64,000 nt of DNA, from the NCBI GenBank assembly GCA_044425575.1, contig JAWXVE010000001.1:13268-77267 (forward strand), written 5' to 3'. Source of the stretch: Eubacteriales bacterium. Its GTDB lineage: Bacteria > Bacillota > Clostridia > Lachnospirales > Lachnospiraceae. A program made the position numbers and the translations under genes. The notes under the pieces are model-generated. The model did no database searches, was not told the DNA's origin, and was given only the letters and a program-made list of their open reading frames with translations. Shown here piece by piece: positions 17,162 to 27,665 of this stretch. Within the stretch, counting starts at the first letter, position 1, and each line of letters starts with the position of its first letter.

Positions 17162-18289
17162 ATGAGAAGAATTATGAAAACAATAATGATATTAACAAAC
17201 AGTGATAAAGGGTTGCATGATTTCAGAAATGAAGTATTACTTAGGCTAATTGAGAAATCCTATCAGGTAGTCATTGTGTCTCCAATGGAATTGTATAGAG
17301 AGTATTTTGAATCAATTGGATGCAAGTGTATTCCTATGGAGATACAGAGGCGTGGAATGAATCCCATCACAGATTTCAAGTTGTTCCAAGCATATAGAAG
17401 GTTATTGAAAAAGATGAACCCTTATGTGGTATTAACCTATACCATTAAACCAAATGTGTACGGTGGACTTGCTTGTCGAATACAGCATATCACCTACTTT
17501 TCTAATGTAACAGGACTAGGCACAAGCTTGACAGGAAATAGTAAGATGAAACATTTTATCCTAATGTTATATCGAATGGGGCTAAAAGGAGCACGGTGTG
17601 TTTTCTTTCAAAACAAGACAAATTTAGAATTTATGCAAAAATACGATTGCATTCAGGCTAAAGTACGTCTCTTACCTGGTTCTGGTATTAATTTAGAGGA
17701 ATTTGCATATGAGACCTATCCAGAAGAAGGAACTATTCGATTGCTTACCATTGGTCGCATTATGAAGGATAAAGGAATTAGAGAATTATTAAATGTGATT
17801 CCACAGATATGTGAAGAATTTGACAATGTTATTTTCGAATTACTAGGAGAGTACGAGGAAGAAGATCGTATTTTACTAGAACCTATCATAGAAAACTTGC
17901 AAAAAGCAGGTATGATAAGGTATTATGGTTATCAAGAGAATGCAAGAGAATATATTAAGAAGGCACATATACTCATTCACCCATCCTATCACGAGGGCAT
18001 GTCCAATGTTATGTTAGAGGCAGCAGCTACAGGGCGCCCCATTATTGCAAGTGATATTCCTGGATGTAGAGAAATCATACAAGATGGTAGAACAGGAATG
18101 TTATGTAAGTCGAAAGAGGAAGAGTCTTTATATAAAAGTCTACATACTATGCTAAAGAAAAGTACGCAGGAACGAGAAGAAATGGGACAAGCGGGAAGAG
18201 AATATGTGGAGAAGCATTTCAGTCGAACATTAGTAGTTGATGCCTACCTAGAAGAAATTAAAGCTGTAACTCAGGATACAGAGAAGTAG
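17162..18289 (+). CDS. GT4 glycosyltransferase (PglA/WbuB-like)
   Basis: ILTNSDKGLHDFRNEVL at the N-terminus. HPSYHEGMSNVMLEAAATGRPIIASDIPGCREI is the E-x7-E region. The start could also be 17174. Confidence 0.7.
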   Translation: MRRIMKTIMILTNSDKGLHDFRNEVLLRLIEKSYQVVIVSPMELYREYFESIGCKCIPMEIQRRGMNPITDFKLFQAYRRLLKKMNPYVVLTYTIKPNVYGGLACRIQHITYFSNVTGLGTSLTGNSKMKHFILMLYRMGLKGARCVFFQNKTNLEFMQKYDCIQAKVRLLPGSGINLEEFAYETYPEEGTIRLLTIGRIMKDKGIRELLNVIPQICEEFDNVIFELLGEYEEEDRILLEPIIENLQKAGMIRYYGYQENAREYIKKAHILIHPSYHEGMSNVMLEAAATGRPIIASDIPGCREIIQDGRTGMLCKSKEEESLYKSLHTMLKKSTQEREEMGQAGREYVEKHFSRTLVVDAYLEEIKAVTQDTEK

Positions 18290-18319
18290 AGTTGAACATG
18301 TGAAGGAGAATAGAGAATC

Positions 18320-19636
18320 ATGAATTTATATGCAGAAATTGCAGATGGAAATGAAAAAATATCATTAGTAGGACTTGGGTATGTAGGCATGCCAATTGCA
18401 GTTGCTTTTGCCAAGAAAGTCAAGGTGGTAGGGTTTGATTTAAATAAAGAAAAAATCGAACTATACTTAAATGGTGTAGATCCTACAAAAGAAGTGGGAG
18501 ATGAGGTCATTCAGAATACGTCAGTAGAATTTACTGCAGATGAAACAAAGTTAAGGGAAGCCAAATTTCATATTGTAGCAGTTCCGACACCTGTTAATGC
18601 TGATCATACACCAGATTTAACACCAGTAGAAGGGGCAAGTAGAATCCTAGGTCGTAATTTAACAAAAGGCTCTATTGTAGTCTTTGAATCTACTGTGTAT
18701 CCAGGTGTAACAGAAGATATTTGTATACCAATTCTAGAAGAAGAATCAGGGCTTAAGTGTGGAGAAGACTTTACAGTAGGGTATTCACCAGAACGTATTA
18801 ATCCGGGAGATAAAGTACACCGCCTTGAAACCATTACAAAGATTGTGTCAGGAATGGATGAAGAATCCTTAGATACCATAGCAAAAATCTACGAATTAGT
18901 TGTGGAAGTAGGTGTTTACCGTGCAGAAAGTATTAAAGTAGCAGAAGCGGCTAAGGTAATTGAAAATAGTCAAAGAGATATTAACATTGCCTTTATGAAC
19001 GAATTATCTATTATTTTCAACAAAATGGGTATTGATACACAAGCAGTGTTAAAAGCGGCAGGGACAAAGTGGAACTTTTTACCATTCTTCCCAGGGTTAG
19101 TAGGAGGGCATTGTATTGGAGTTGACCCTTATTACTTAACTTATAAGGCGGAGGAGCTTGGCTACCATTCACAGATTATCTTATCAGGTCGTCGCATTAA
19201 TGATGATATGGGAAGATATGTGGCGGAAAGTATTGTAAAGAAATTAATACAAGCAGAGCTTCCTGTAAATCATGCCAACGTAGCGATTTTAGGATTTACC
19301 TTTAAAGAAAATTGTCCAGATACAAGAAACACAAAAGTGATTGATATTTATAAGGAATTACAGGAGTACGGTATTACTCCAATGGTTGCAGACCCAGCGG
19401 CAGATGCAGAAGAAGCGAAGAAATTATATGGGATTGAATTCGTAGATATAAATACAATAAAAGATATGGATGCAGTAATTTTGGCAGTATCACATGATGA
19501 GTTTACGAAGCTAGGACAAGAAGAATTATCAGTAATGTTTAATCAGACAAATGGAACAAAAGTCTTAATCGATATTAAAGGAATCTTAAACCGTAGAGAA
19601 TACGAAGGTGCGGGCTATTCTTATTGGAGATTATAG
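18320..19636 (+). CDS. UDP-N-acetyl-D-glucosamine 6-dehydrogenase (WbpO/TviB/CapL type nucleotide-sugar dehydrogenase)
   Basis: ISLVGLGYVGMPIAVAFA dinucleotide fold, ESTVYPGVTE, GYSPERINPGD, and GLVGGHCIGVDPYYL with the catalytic Cys. Confidence 0.75.
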   Translation: MNLYAEIADGNEKISLVGLGYVGMPIAVAFAKKVKVVGFDLNKEKIELYLNGVDPTKEVGDEVIQNTSVEFTADETKLREAKFHIVAVPTPVNADHTPDLTPVEGASRILGRNLTKGSIVVFESTVYPGVTEDICIPILEEESGLKCGEDFTVGYSPERINPGDKVHRLETITKIVSGMDEESLDTIAKIYELVVEVGVYRAESIKVAEAAKVIENSQRDINIAFMNELSIIFNKMGIDTQAVLKAAGTKWNFLPFFPGLVGGHCIGVDPYYLTYKAEELGYHSQIILSGRRINDDMGRYVAESIVKKLIQAELPVNHANVAILGFTFKENCPDTRNTKVIDIYKELQEYGITPMVADPAADAEEAKKLYGIEFVDINTIKDMDAVILAVSHDEFTKLGQEELSVMFNQTNGTKVLIDIKGILNRREYEGAGYSYWRL

Positions 19637-19648
19637 AAAAGAGGAAAA

Positions 19649-20623
19649 ATGGGCTATAAACAATTAAAGTTTCCACAAGAAAGCATATTCCTAGTAACAG
19701 GTGGTGCTGGATTTATTGGAACGAATTTATGTGAGGCAATTCTAAACATGGGGTATGAGGTTCGCTGTTTAGATGACCTTTCTACTGGAAAAGCAGCACA
19801 TGTACAATTATTTGAAAATCATCCGAAGTATACGTTTGTGAGGGGCGATATTAAAGATTTGGAAACGTGTATGGAAGCTTGTAAAGGTGTGGATTACGTA
19901 TTACATCAAGCGGCATGGGGAAGTGTACCTCGCAGCATTGAAATGCCATTATTTTATGAGCAGAATAATATTATGGGAACCCTTAATATGATGGAAGCTG
20001 CTAGACAAAATGGAGTCAAGAAGTTCGTCTATGCATCTAGTTCGTCTGTATATGGAGACCATCCACAGTTGCCTAAGAAAGAAGGTGTGGAAGGTGAGTT
20101 GCTATCCCCATATGCATTAACAAAACGAACCAATGAAGAATATGGTAAGCTCTACACGAAGTTATATGGACTTGATACGTATGGAATGCGTTATTTCAAC
20201 GTATTTGGTAGGAGACAGAACCCAGAAGGGATGTATGCAGCAGTAATTCCGAAATTCTTAAAACAATTACTTGCAGGCGAAGTGCCAACCATTAATGGAG
20301 ATGGCAGACAATCAAGAGACTTTACCTATATTGATAATGTAATTGAAGCCAATTTAAAGGCGTGTCTTGCGTCTTCTGAGGCAGCAGGCAATGCATTTAA
20401 CATAGGATATGGTGGTAGGGAATTCTTAATTGATATTTATCATCATTTATGTGAAGCACTTGAATTAAAAGTAGAACCTAATTTTGGACCAAATCGATTA
20501 GGAGATGTAAGAGATTCAAATGCCGATATTTCAAAAGCAAGAGAATTGTTATCATATGACCCAGAATATGATTTTAAGGCAGGAATTACACTAGCCATTG
20601 AGTGGTATAAGGAGAATCTATAG
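19649..20623 (+). CDS. NAD-dependent UDP-GlcNAc(A) 4-epimerase (WbpP/TviC type)
   Basis: LVTGGAGFIGTNL, SSSSVYGD, SPYALTK (YxxxK), YFNVFGRRQNPEGMYAAVIPKF. It directly follows the dehydrogenase. Confidence 0.75.
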   Translation: MGYKQLKFPQESIFLVTGGAGFIGTNLCEAILNMGYEVRCLDDLSTGKAAHVQLFENHPKYTFVRGDIKDLETCMEACKGVDYVLHQAAWGSVPRSIEMPLFYEQNNIMGTLNMMEAARQNGVKKFVYASSSSVYGDHPQLPKKEGVEGELLSPYALTKRTNEEYGKLYTKLYGLDTYGMRYFNVFGRRQNPEGMYAAVIPKFLKQLLAGEVPTINGDGRQSRDFTYIDNVIEANLKACLASSEAAGNAFNIGYGGREFLIDIYHHLCEALELKVEPNFGPNRLGDVRDSNADISKARELLSYDPEYDFKAGITLAIEWYKENL

Positions 20624-20642
20624 AAATTATAGGAGAGAATCG

Positions 20643-21563
20643 ATGCATTATGAATTTGTGTTGTTTGGTGTAAAGGATGCAACAGAAGAAATTGCACAGT
20701 ATGTCGAAGAAAATTTACGCAAAGTAGATTTGATTGTTACCATAGATCCTTGCGTTTTGTCAAATAACCATGTAGCGGGTTATAAAGGCCTTTCAGAATT
20801 GACACAGCGATATCAGATTCCGATTTTTGAGACAAAAGATTATGGACTAAACGATCAAGAGACCAAACAATTTTTCACGGAACATACATTTGGCATTGCA
20901 GTATCCATGGGATGGCAACGGATTATTCCAACACATGTATTAGAATCCTTTGAACATGGAATATTTGGATTTCATGGTTCTTGTGGATATCTACCCTATG
21001 GAAGAGGACGTTCACCCCTTAACTGGTCCATGATTAATGGGGATACTAGATTTATCTTGAACTTATTTCAATATGATGAGCAGGCAGATAGTCCCAATGT
21101 ATTTGCGAATGAGATGTTTGGAATTACAGAATATGATACCATTCGTACTTTGCAATATAAGAATATAATTGTATCAAAGCGTTTGATTAAGCGATTGGTC
21201 AAGGCGTATGAGTCGAATCATATTACAATTAATCAAGTATCAAAAGATTCTGATAGTTGGTATTGCAAACGAACTGCGAAAGATGGCAAATTAGATTTTA
21301 CGAAGAAAACGAGAGAACTCTATAACTTAATTAGGGGGGTGTCGGAGCCATTTCCTGGTGCATTTGCATATTGCAACGAGGAAAAAGTAACCATATGGGA
21401 GGCGTATCCTTTTGATGAAATGCTTGATTTTTCAGAATATCAGGTAGGAGAAGTAATTGAGAAAATGGATGATTGCTTCGTTATAAGAACAATTGATGGA
21501 TCCCTTGTAATCAAGCGATATGAAGCAAATTGTACAATTGCAGTTGGGGATATAATGTTATAG
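20643..21563 (+). CDS. formyltransferase-fold protein, divergent (Gly at the position of the catalytic Asn)
   Basis: GIFGFHGSCGYLPYGRGRSPLNWSMINGD aligns with the N-x-H-x-SLLPxxRG...P..W motif of Fmt/ArnA, but reads G-F-H. RBS AGGAGAGA precedes ATG 20643. Confidence 0.5.
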   Translation: MHYEFVLFGVKDATEEIAQYVEENLRKVDLIVTIDPCVLSNNHVAGYKGLSELTQRYQIPIFETKDYGLNDQETKQFFTEHTFGIAVSMGWQRIIPTHVLESFEHGIFGFHGSCGYLPYGRGRSPLNWSMINGDTRFILNLFQYDEQADSPNVFANEMFGITEYDTIRTLQYKNIIVSKRLIKRLVKAYESNHITINQVSKDSDSWYCKRTAKDGKLDFTKKTRELYNLIRGVSEPFPGAFAYCNEEKVTIWEAYPFDEMLDFSEYQVGEVIEKMDDCFVIRTIDGSLVIKRYEANCTIAVGDIML

Positions 21564-21569
21564 AAATGG

Positions 21570-22697
21570 ATGAGTGGAGATAGTGACATGAGTGATCTGG
21601 TACGTATTTTGCATGTATTTGGAGTGGTTAATTTAGGAGGTGCAGAGAGTCGGATTATGGATTTGTATAGAACCATTGACAGAACGAAATTTCAATTTGA
21701 TTTCATGGTGCATACCACAGAACGTGGACATTACCAAGATGAGATTGAATCAATGGGAGGCCATGTATACAATGTACCTAGATTTGTAGTATCTAATATG
21801 CTCTCTTATAAGAAGGCTTGGGTTCAGTTCTTTCAAGAGCATACAGAGTATCAAGTGGTACATGGTCATATGACTAGTACTGCTTCTGTCTATCTTCCTA
21901 TTGCTAAGAAATCGGGTGTACCGATTACGATTGCACATTCTAGAAATGCGGGAGTTGATGTGGGAATAAAAGGGAACATTACACACCTTATGAGGCATAA
22001 TTTATGGAAAAAGTGTGATTATTGTTTGGCTTGTTCTACAGAGGCGTCCTATGCCGTATTTGGTAAAAAGCAAAGCGTGCAAGAAAAAGTCGTAATGTTA
22101 CCAAACGGAATACGTACAAGGAATTATGAATATCAACCTGAAGTGGCAAATAGAATCCGAGGAGAACTGAATTTAGTTGGAAGATGGATTATTGGTCATG
22201 TAGGAAGATTTCATAAGGCTAAGAATCATGAATTTTTAATCGATATTTTTAGTGAGATTAAAAAGAGGGAAGAGAAAGCTGTTTTAATTCTTCTAGGAGA
22301 AGGTGCACTCATGCCTAAAATACAAGAAAAAGTACAACAACTAGCATTGGAAAAAGATGTTGTGTTTCTAGGCAATCGAACACCGATTGCAGATTATTAT
22401 CAAGTTATGGATTATTTTGTATTTCCGTCGTTTTATGAAGGGATGCCGGGAGTAGTTGTAGAGGCACAGTGTACTGGTCTAAGGTGTATATTGTCTGAGA
22501 ATATTACTAGAGAAGTAGCAGTCACCAATGGAGTAAGGTATGAGTCATTACAAACTTCTGCAAAGGAGTGGGCAAACAAGGTAATAGAGACAAAAGATTA
22601 TGAAAGACAATCTAAAGTCAATGAATTAATAGAAAAAGGTTTTGATGTAGAAAGTCAGTGGGAAGTGATTCAACAAATTTATCTTCGTGAGCAATAG
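21570..22697 (+). CDS. GT4 glycosyltransferase (EpsF-like)
   Basis: ILHVFGVVNLGGAESRIMDLYR at the N-terminus. FPSFYEGMPGVVVEAQCTGLRCILSENI is the E-x7-E region. The alternative start is 21588. Confidence 0.7.
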   Translation: MSGDSDMSDLVRILHVFGVVNLGGAESRIMDLYRTIDRTKFQFDFMVHTTERGHYQDEIESMGGHVYNVPRFVVSNMLSYKKAWVQFFQEHTEYQVVHGHMTSTASVYLPIAKKSGVPITIAHSRNAGVDVGIKGNITHLMRHNLWKKCDYCLACSTEASYAVFGKKQSVQEKVVMLPNGIRTRNYEYQPEVANRIRGELNLVGRWIIGHVGRFHKAKNHEFLIDIFSEIKKREEKAVLILLGEGALMPKIQEKVQQLALEKDVVFLGNRTPIADYYQVMDYFVFPSFYEGMPGVVVEAQCTGLRCILSENITREVAVTNGVRYESLQTSAKEWANKVIETKDYERQSKVNELIEKGFDVESQWEVIQQIYLREQ

Positions 22698-22715
22698 AGA
22701 AAAAGGGTTTTGTAT

Positions 22716-23873
22716 ATGAGTAGAAAGAATATTGTATTGATTGTTCCAACCCTGCATCAAGGTGGCATTGAACGCATGTGTATGTTGACTGCTAGATTAC
22801 TACAAGCATATGCAAATGTAGTGGTAGTTATCTTTAATGATGCGGATATATTCTATGATGTAACAGGAGTAGAAGTTATTCCATTGAATTTAGAGAGTCG
22901 CCCTAGTAAAATAGGCAAGATAACACAGCTGATAAGGCGGATATTAGCGTTGCGTAAGATAAAGAAACAATATAAAGCAGACCTTTCCTATAGTTTTGGA
23001 GATACTGCTAATTTAGCAAATGTATTTTCTAAATCTAGAGGGGAAACGTGGTGTGGGATGCGTGCATATGGATCGTTACGAGATCGAAAGTGCGTCTTAT
23101 TACCGTGCAAGTTGGCGAATCGAGTGATTGCTTGCAGTCATGTCATGGCGAAGGAAATAGAACGTATGTATCCCAAGAAGCAAATCGATGTATTGTATAA
23201 TCCTTGTGATATGCAAATGATTGAGAAGAGAGCTAGAGAACAGATTGCTGAGTCGTATACATTTGCCACGGAGGATGTATTTACCATAATAACTATGGGG
23301 AGAGCCCATGATGTAAAAGGATATTGGCATTTGCTGAAAGCGTTTTCGATCATGAAGCGAGAGATAGCAAAGTGCCATTTAGTGTTTATTGGAGATGGAG
23401 ATTATAGCGAGTATATGCAATTGGCCACCCAGTTAGGTATTAGAGATGATGTAACGTTTGCAGGGGTGCAAGCTAATCCGTTTTCCTTATTGCACCAAGG
23501 GAATCTCTATCTGCTTACGTCAGAGAGCGAAGGATTTCCAAATGCCCTTGTAGAAGCAATGGCAGTAGGAATTCCTGTGATGTCTGTGAATTGCAAAAGC
23601 GGACCAGCGGAGATTTTATCCAAAGATTATAGATTGGTTGAAGATGATACGAAGGTCTATTATGAAGAATATGGAATTCTATTACCGACGATTAATGGTG
23701 TGAAGAACTTAGAACCGTCCATACTAGAAGAGGAAGATCATGTGATTGCAACTGAGATGGTGAAAATTTATCAGAATACAGCCATGCAACAAGTATATAA
23801 ATGCAAGTCAAAAGATCGTGCAAGAACCTTCTCTAATGATACGTATGTACATGATTTCATGGGTATGGTATAA
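22716..23873 (+). CDS. GT4 glycosyltransferase
   Basis: VPTLHQGGIERMC at the N-terminus. TSESEGFPNALVEAMAVGIPVMSVNCKSGPAEIL. Confidence 0.7.
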   Translation: MSRKNIVLIVPTLHQGGIERMCMLTARLLQAYANVVVVIFNDADIFYDVTGVEVIPLNLESRPSKIGKITQLIRRILALRKIKKQYKADLSYSFGDTANLANVFSKSRGETWCGMRAYGSLRDRKCVLLPCKLANRVIACSHVMAKEIERMYPKKQIDVLYNPCDMQMIEKRAREQIAESYTFATEDVFTIITMGRAHDVKGYWHLLKAFSIMKREIAKCHLVFIGDGDYSEYMQLATQLGIRDDVTFAGVQANPFSLLHQGNLYLLTSESEGFPNALVEAMAVGIPVMSVNCKSGPAEILSKDYRLVEDDTKVYYEEYGILLPTINGVKNLEPSILEEEDHVIATEMVKIYQNTAMQQVYKCKSKDRARTFSNDTYVHDFMGMV

Positions 23874-23883
23874 TAAAAAGGAT

Positions 23884-24990
23884 ATGTTTATGAGAAAAAT
23901 AATGTTTCACTTAAACTGCCTTGAACAAGGTGGTGCAGAGAGAGTAGTTACGAATTTAGCAAGGCAATTTAAAGAAGCTGGCAATGATGTAATCATAGCT
24001 ACAGAGTGGGAAGCAGAGAACGAATTCGTTTTAGCAGAGGGAATCAGAAGAATTCATGTAGGTTTGAAAGAAACAGATGCACAATCGAATCGGATTGTAA
24101 AATATTTCAAACGCATTCAATACTTAAAAGAGCTGATTCAAGAGGAACAGCCAGATATTGTAATTGCTTTTGCTATTAAGGCAAATTACAGGGCAGTAAT
24201 GGCAACAATTTCATTAAAAACACCTGTTATTATTTCTGTTCGTACTGATCCAGTAGGGCATTATGATACGTTGTTTGACCGAATTATGGTGCCGATTGTC
24301 CTTAATAGATCTGATGGAGTTGTATTTCAAACAACAGGACAAAAAGAATTCTTTCCTAGAAAGATGCAACAACATTCAAGAATTATACTAAACCCAATTA
24401 ATCCGAAATATATTGGAAGGAAACAAGTAGAGCAACGAACCAAAGAAATTGTACATGCGGGACGATTGGTGGATTTCAAGAATCAAGTAATGTTGATTGA
24501 AGGGTATGCAAGAGTATATAAGAAGTTTCCTGATTATACCTTGAAATTATATGGGGGCGATTCCTTGGATGGTACAAAAGAAGAATTGTTACGATGTATT
24601 GAAAAGAACAAATTAGAACAGGTTGTAACATTAATGGGTGCAAGTGATACCCTAGAACAAGACTTAGAAACAGGTGCATTCTTCGCATTTACATCAGATT
24701 GGGAAGGGTTGCCCAATGCATTAATGGAAGCAATGGCATTAGGTCTACCAGTGATTGCTACTGATTGCCCTTGTGGGGGACCTAATACAGTTATGACACA
24801 TAAGGAGGATGGTTATCTGATCCCCGTTAAAGATATAGAGAGTTTAGTGAATGCAATGGAATACTTTATTCAGAATCCTGAAATAGTTAATGAATATGGG
24901 GTAAAGGCGAGAGATATTAGCAAGATTGCAAATGCAACTGCGATTTATGAACAGTGGAATGAGTATATAGAGGAACTTTGTGCTAAATAG
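23884..24990 (+). CDS. GT4 glycosyltransferase (TDCPCGGP subfamily, paralog of 27666-28763)
   Basis: LEQGGAERVVTNLA and TSDWEGLPNALMEAMALGLPVIATDCPCGGPNTVM. ATG 23884 follows AAAGGA. Confidence 0.7.
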   Translation: MFMRKIMFHLNCLEQGGAERVVTNLARQFKEAGNDVIIATEWEAENEFVLAEGIRRIHVGLKETDAQSNRIVKYFKRIQYLKELIQEEQPDIVIAFAIKANYRAVMATISLKTPVIISVRTDPVGHYDTLFDRIMVPIVLNRSDGVVFQTTGQKEFFPRKMQQHSRIILNPINPKYIGRKQVEQRTKEIVHAGRLVDFKNQVMLIEGYARVYKKFPDYTLKLYGGDSLDGTKEELLRCIEKNKLEQVVTLMGASDTLEQDLETGAFFAFTSDWEGLPNALMEAMALGLPVIATDCPCGGPNTVMTHKEDGYLIPVKDIESLVNAMEYFIQNPEIVNEYGVKARDISKIANATAIYEQWNEYIEELCAK

Positions 24991-25000
24991 AGGAGAATAG

Positions 25001-25750
25001 ATGTTTTCATATGATAGTTATAGAAAGATAATTGAATTAATTCAGAGGAGTGGGAGACAAGCAACGTACCAAGAAGCCTGTGAGCGAGATGATTTCATTC
25101 TAATGCGTCATGATGTTGAATTTAGCGTAGAGCGCGCCTATGATTTAGCTAGATTAGAACAATCCATGGGATTCACATCGGCTTACTTCTTTCAGTGGAC
25201 CAATAATTCCTATAATCTATTATCGAAACCCAATATAGAGATGATTCATAAGATGAATGATGAAGGGCACACCATTGGACTTCATTATGCTTTGAATGGC
25301 TTAGAGGATATGAAAGAGGTACGAAAGCGAATTAAACTAGAAGTCGATGCTCTTAGTAGTTTGCTAGAGTTTGATATTGATGCTTTCTCAATTCATCGTC
25401 CATCCAAAGAAGTACTTGCAGAGAATCTTACAATACCGGGTGTTATTAATGCATATGATAAGAAATTCTTTACATTTGCAGATGCTGTAGATGAGAATAG
25501 CAAGTTAGAGGTTAAATATTTATCGGATGCACAACATAAATGGAATTATGGATATCCAGATGAAGAGACGATTGCATCGAATCGTAAGATTCAAATTCTC
25601 ACACATCCTTATTCGTGGACTGAACAAGGATATGATAATGCGACCAATTTTCAGACATTATTAGAAGAGAAACATGAAGAATTGATTGTTACCATTAATA
25701 GCGAGTGTAAACATTTTGCTAGTGTAAGGCAAAACATGAGAGCATATTAG
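25001..25750 (+). CDS. hypothetical protein, possibly of the polysaccharide deacetylase (CE4-like) fold
   Basis: 249 aa, soluble. ILMRHDVEFS...TSAYFF...GHTIGLHY loosely recalls divergent CE4 motifs (HDVD / LH). The assignment is weak. Confidence 0.25.
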   Translation: MFSYDSYRKIIELIQRSGRQATYQEACERDDFILMRHDVEFSVERAYDLARLEQSMGFTSAYFFQWTNNSYNLLSKPNIEMIHKMNDEGHTIGLHYALNGLEDMKEVRKRIKLEVDALSSLLEFDIDAFSIHRPSKEVLAENLTIPGVINAYDKKFFTFADAVDENSKLEVKYLSDAQHKWNYGYPDEETIASNRKIQILTHPYSWTEQGYDNATNFQTLLEEKHEELIVTINSECKHFASVRQNMRAY

Positions 25751-25776
25751 CAATATACGAGAAAGGATAAGTAGAT

Positions 25777-27638
25777 ATGTGTGGTATTTGTGGATTCTTT
25801 ACGAAAGAAACAATTACAATGGAACAGTTAAAAGAAATGAATGATACCATGTATCATAGAGGTCCCAATGATAGCGGGGAAGAAATCTACGACGGCAAAG
25901 ATGGATATACCATTGGGTTGGCACAACGTAGGTTATCGATTCTCGATTTATCTGCGTTAGGTCATCAACCCATGCATTCTTCTAATGGAAGAGTCAGTGT
26001 GGTTTATAATGGAGAATGTTATAATTTTTTAGAGTTGCGAGAAGAACTTTCCGAATACACCTTTCAATCGAATTGCGACACGGAAGTCATTATTGCTGCG
26101 TATTTAAAATGGGGCATAGATTGTATTTCTAAGCTAAAAGGTATGTTTGCTATTGGAATCTATGATAGAGACATCGACACCCTATTCTTGGTGCGAGATC
26201 GAATTGGTAAAAAGCCACTTTATTATTGGTATGAACATAACAATTTAGTCTTTGCCTCTGAACTAAAGCCGATTATGAAAACGCCTGGATTCCAAGGAGT
26301 CATTGACACAAAGCAGTTACAGGGATTCCTGCTTCACTATTATGCACAAGCACCAGCTTCTATTTATGAGCATGTATATAAGTTAGAACCAGGTAGCATT
26401 TTAACTTTTACCAAAGGAAGAATTACAATTGGTAAGTATTGGGATATTGCAGCTGTATATGCAGCTGAGAAGCAACATCCGGTGAAATCTTATGAAGAAG
26501 CTAAGGCTCAACTAAAGGAATTGCTCGTAGAAGCTGTGCGTAAGAGAATGATATCCGATGTGCCACTTGGTGCATTCTTAAGTGGAGGTTATGATTCCTC
26601 CCTGATTACGGCCATTGCCCAAAGTATATCAGGGGAGCCAGTGAAAACATTTTCTATTGGATTTGAAGAGGAACAATACAATGAGGCAAAATATGCAAGA
26701 GAAGTATCCAAGTATTTGGGAACAGATCATACAGAATATTGTATTGGGGAAGAAGAAATGTTCCAAATGGTAGATAGCATTCCAAAGTACTACGATGAAC
26801 CTTTTTCTGATAGTTCTCAGATTCCAACTATGTTAGTGTCTAAATTGGCGAGAGATCAAGTAACAGTAGCTTTATCTGGAGACGGCGGAGATGAATTCTT
26901 CTGTGGATACAATGCTTATGATATGGTGCACACGGCACAACAATTAGATGTACTGGGAGGTATCACCTACGCAGTTACGAATCCACTCAACCTAGTAGAA
27001 CGGTTACCATTTAAAGTGCGTTTGATTACTAAAAATCGAAATCCTCTTACGAAAACACAACTTATGGGTGACCAATATGCCAAGATTACAGAGAAGATGT
27101 TACTAAGTAAAGAGGGGAGTGTTCGTTTTCCTATAGAAGATCGTTATGCGGAGAAAAACTGGCAGATTCGCAGAATGTTATTAGATATGGATACGTATTT
27201 ACCAGGAGATATTTTATGCAAGGTAGACCGTGCTTCTATGAAATATTCCCTAGAAGCAAGATGCCCAATTCTTGATACGGATGTAATGGAATACTCTTTT
27301 CGTATTCCTCATAAGTACAAGTACTGTAAGGGTAATAAGAAGCATATCCTTAAGGATATTGCTTATGATTATATTCCAAAAGAGCTGTTAGACCGACCAA
27401 AAGTTGGTTTGGTGTTCCCTTAGATAAATGGCTTCGAGGACCTCTTAGAGAACAAGTGCTAGAAATGACAGAACTTTCGTTCTTAGAAGAACAAGGGATT
27501 TTTGATGGCCAATTTCTACATTCCTTTATGCAACAATATTTAGGTAGCGGTGATAAGGGACCAGGTACAGGGGAGAATTATTCTAATATTATATGGTCAT
27601 TATTTGTATTCCAGAAGTGGTACATGACGTATCACTAA
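25777..27638 (+). pseudogene. asparagine synthase-like glutamine amidotransferase, interrupted by a 1-nt frameshift near 27408-27410
   Basis: It starts MCGICG (Ntn Cys2) and contains the SGGYDSS PP-loop. The frame ends at RPKVGLVFP*. The separate 60-aa ORF at 27456-27638, extended upstream in its own frame, reads GVPLDKWLRGPLREQV. This restores the canonical RPKxGFGVPLxxWLRG if GGTTTGG were GGTTTTGG. Confidence 0.75.
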
Positions 27639-27665
27639 GAGTAGCACAGAGAGGTGAAGGTTAGA

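Noticed and set aside
27456-27638. 60-aa ORF listed as a separate gene
   Set aside because: Extended upstream in its own frame, it reads GVPLDKWLRGPLREQV. This is the displaced C-terminus of the frameshifted AsnB-like gene, not an independent gene.
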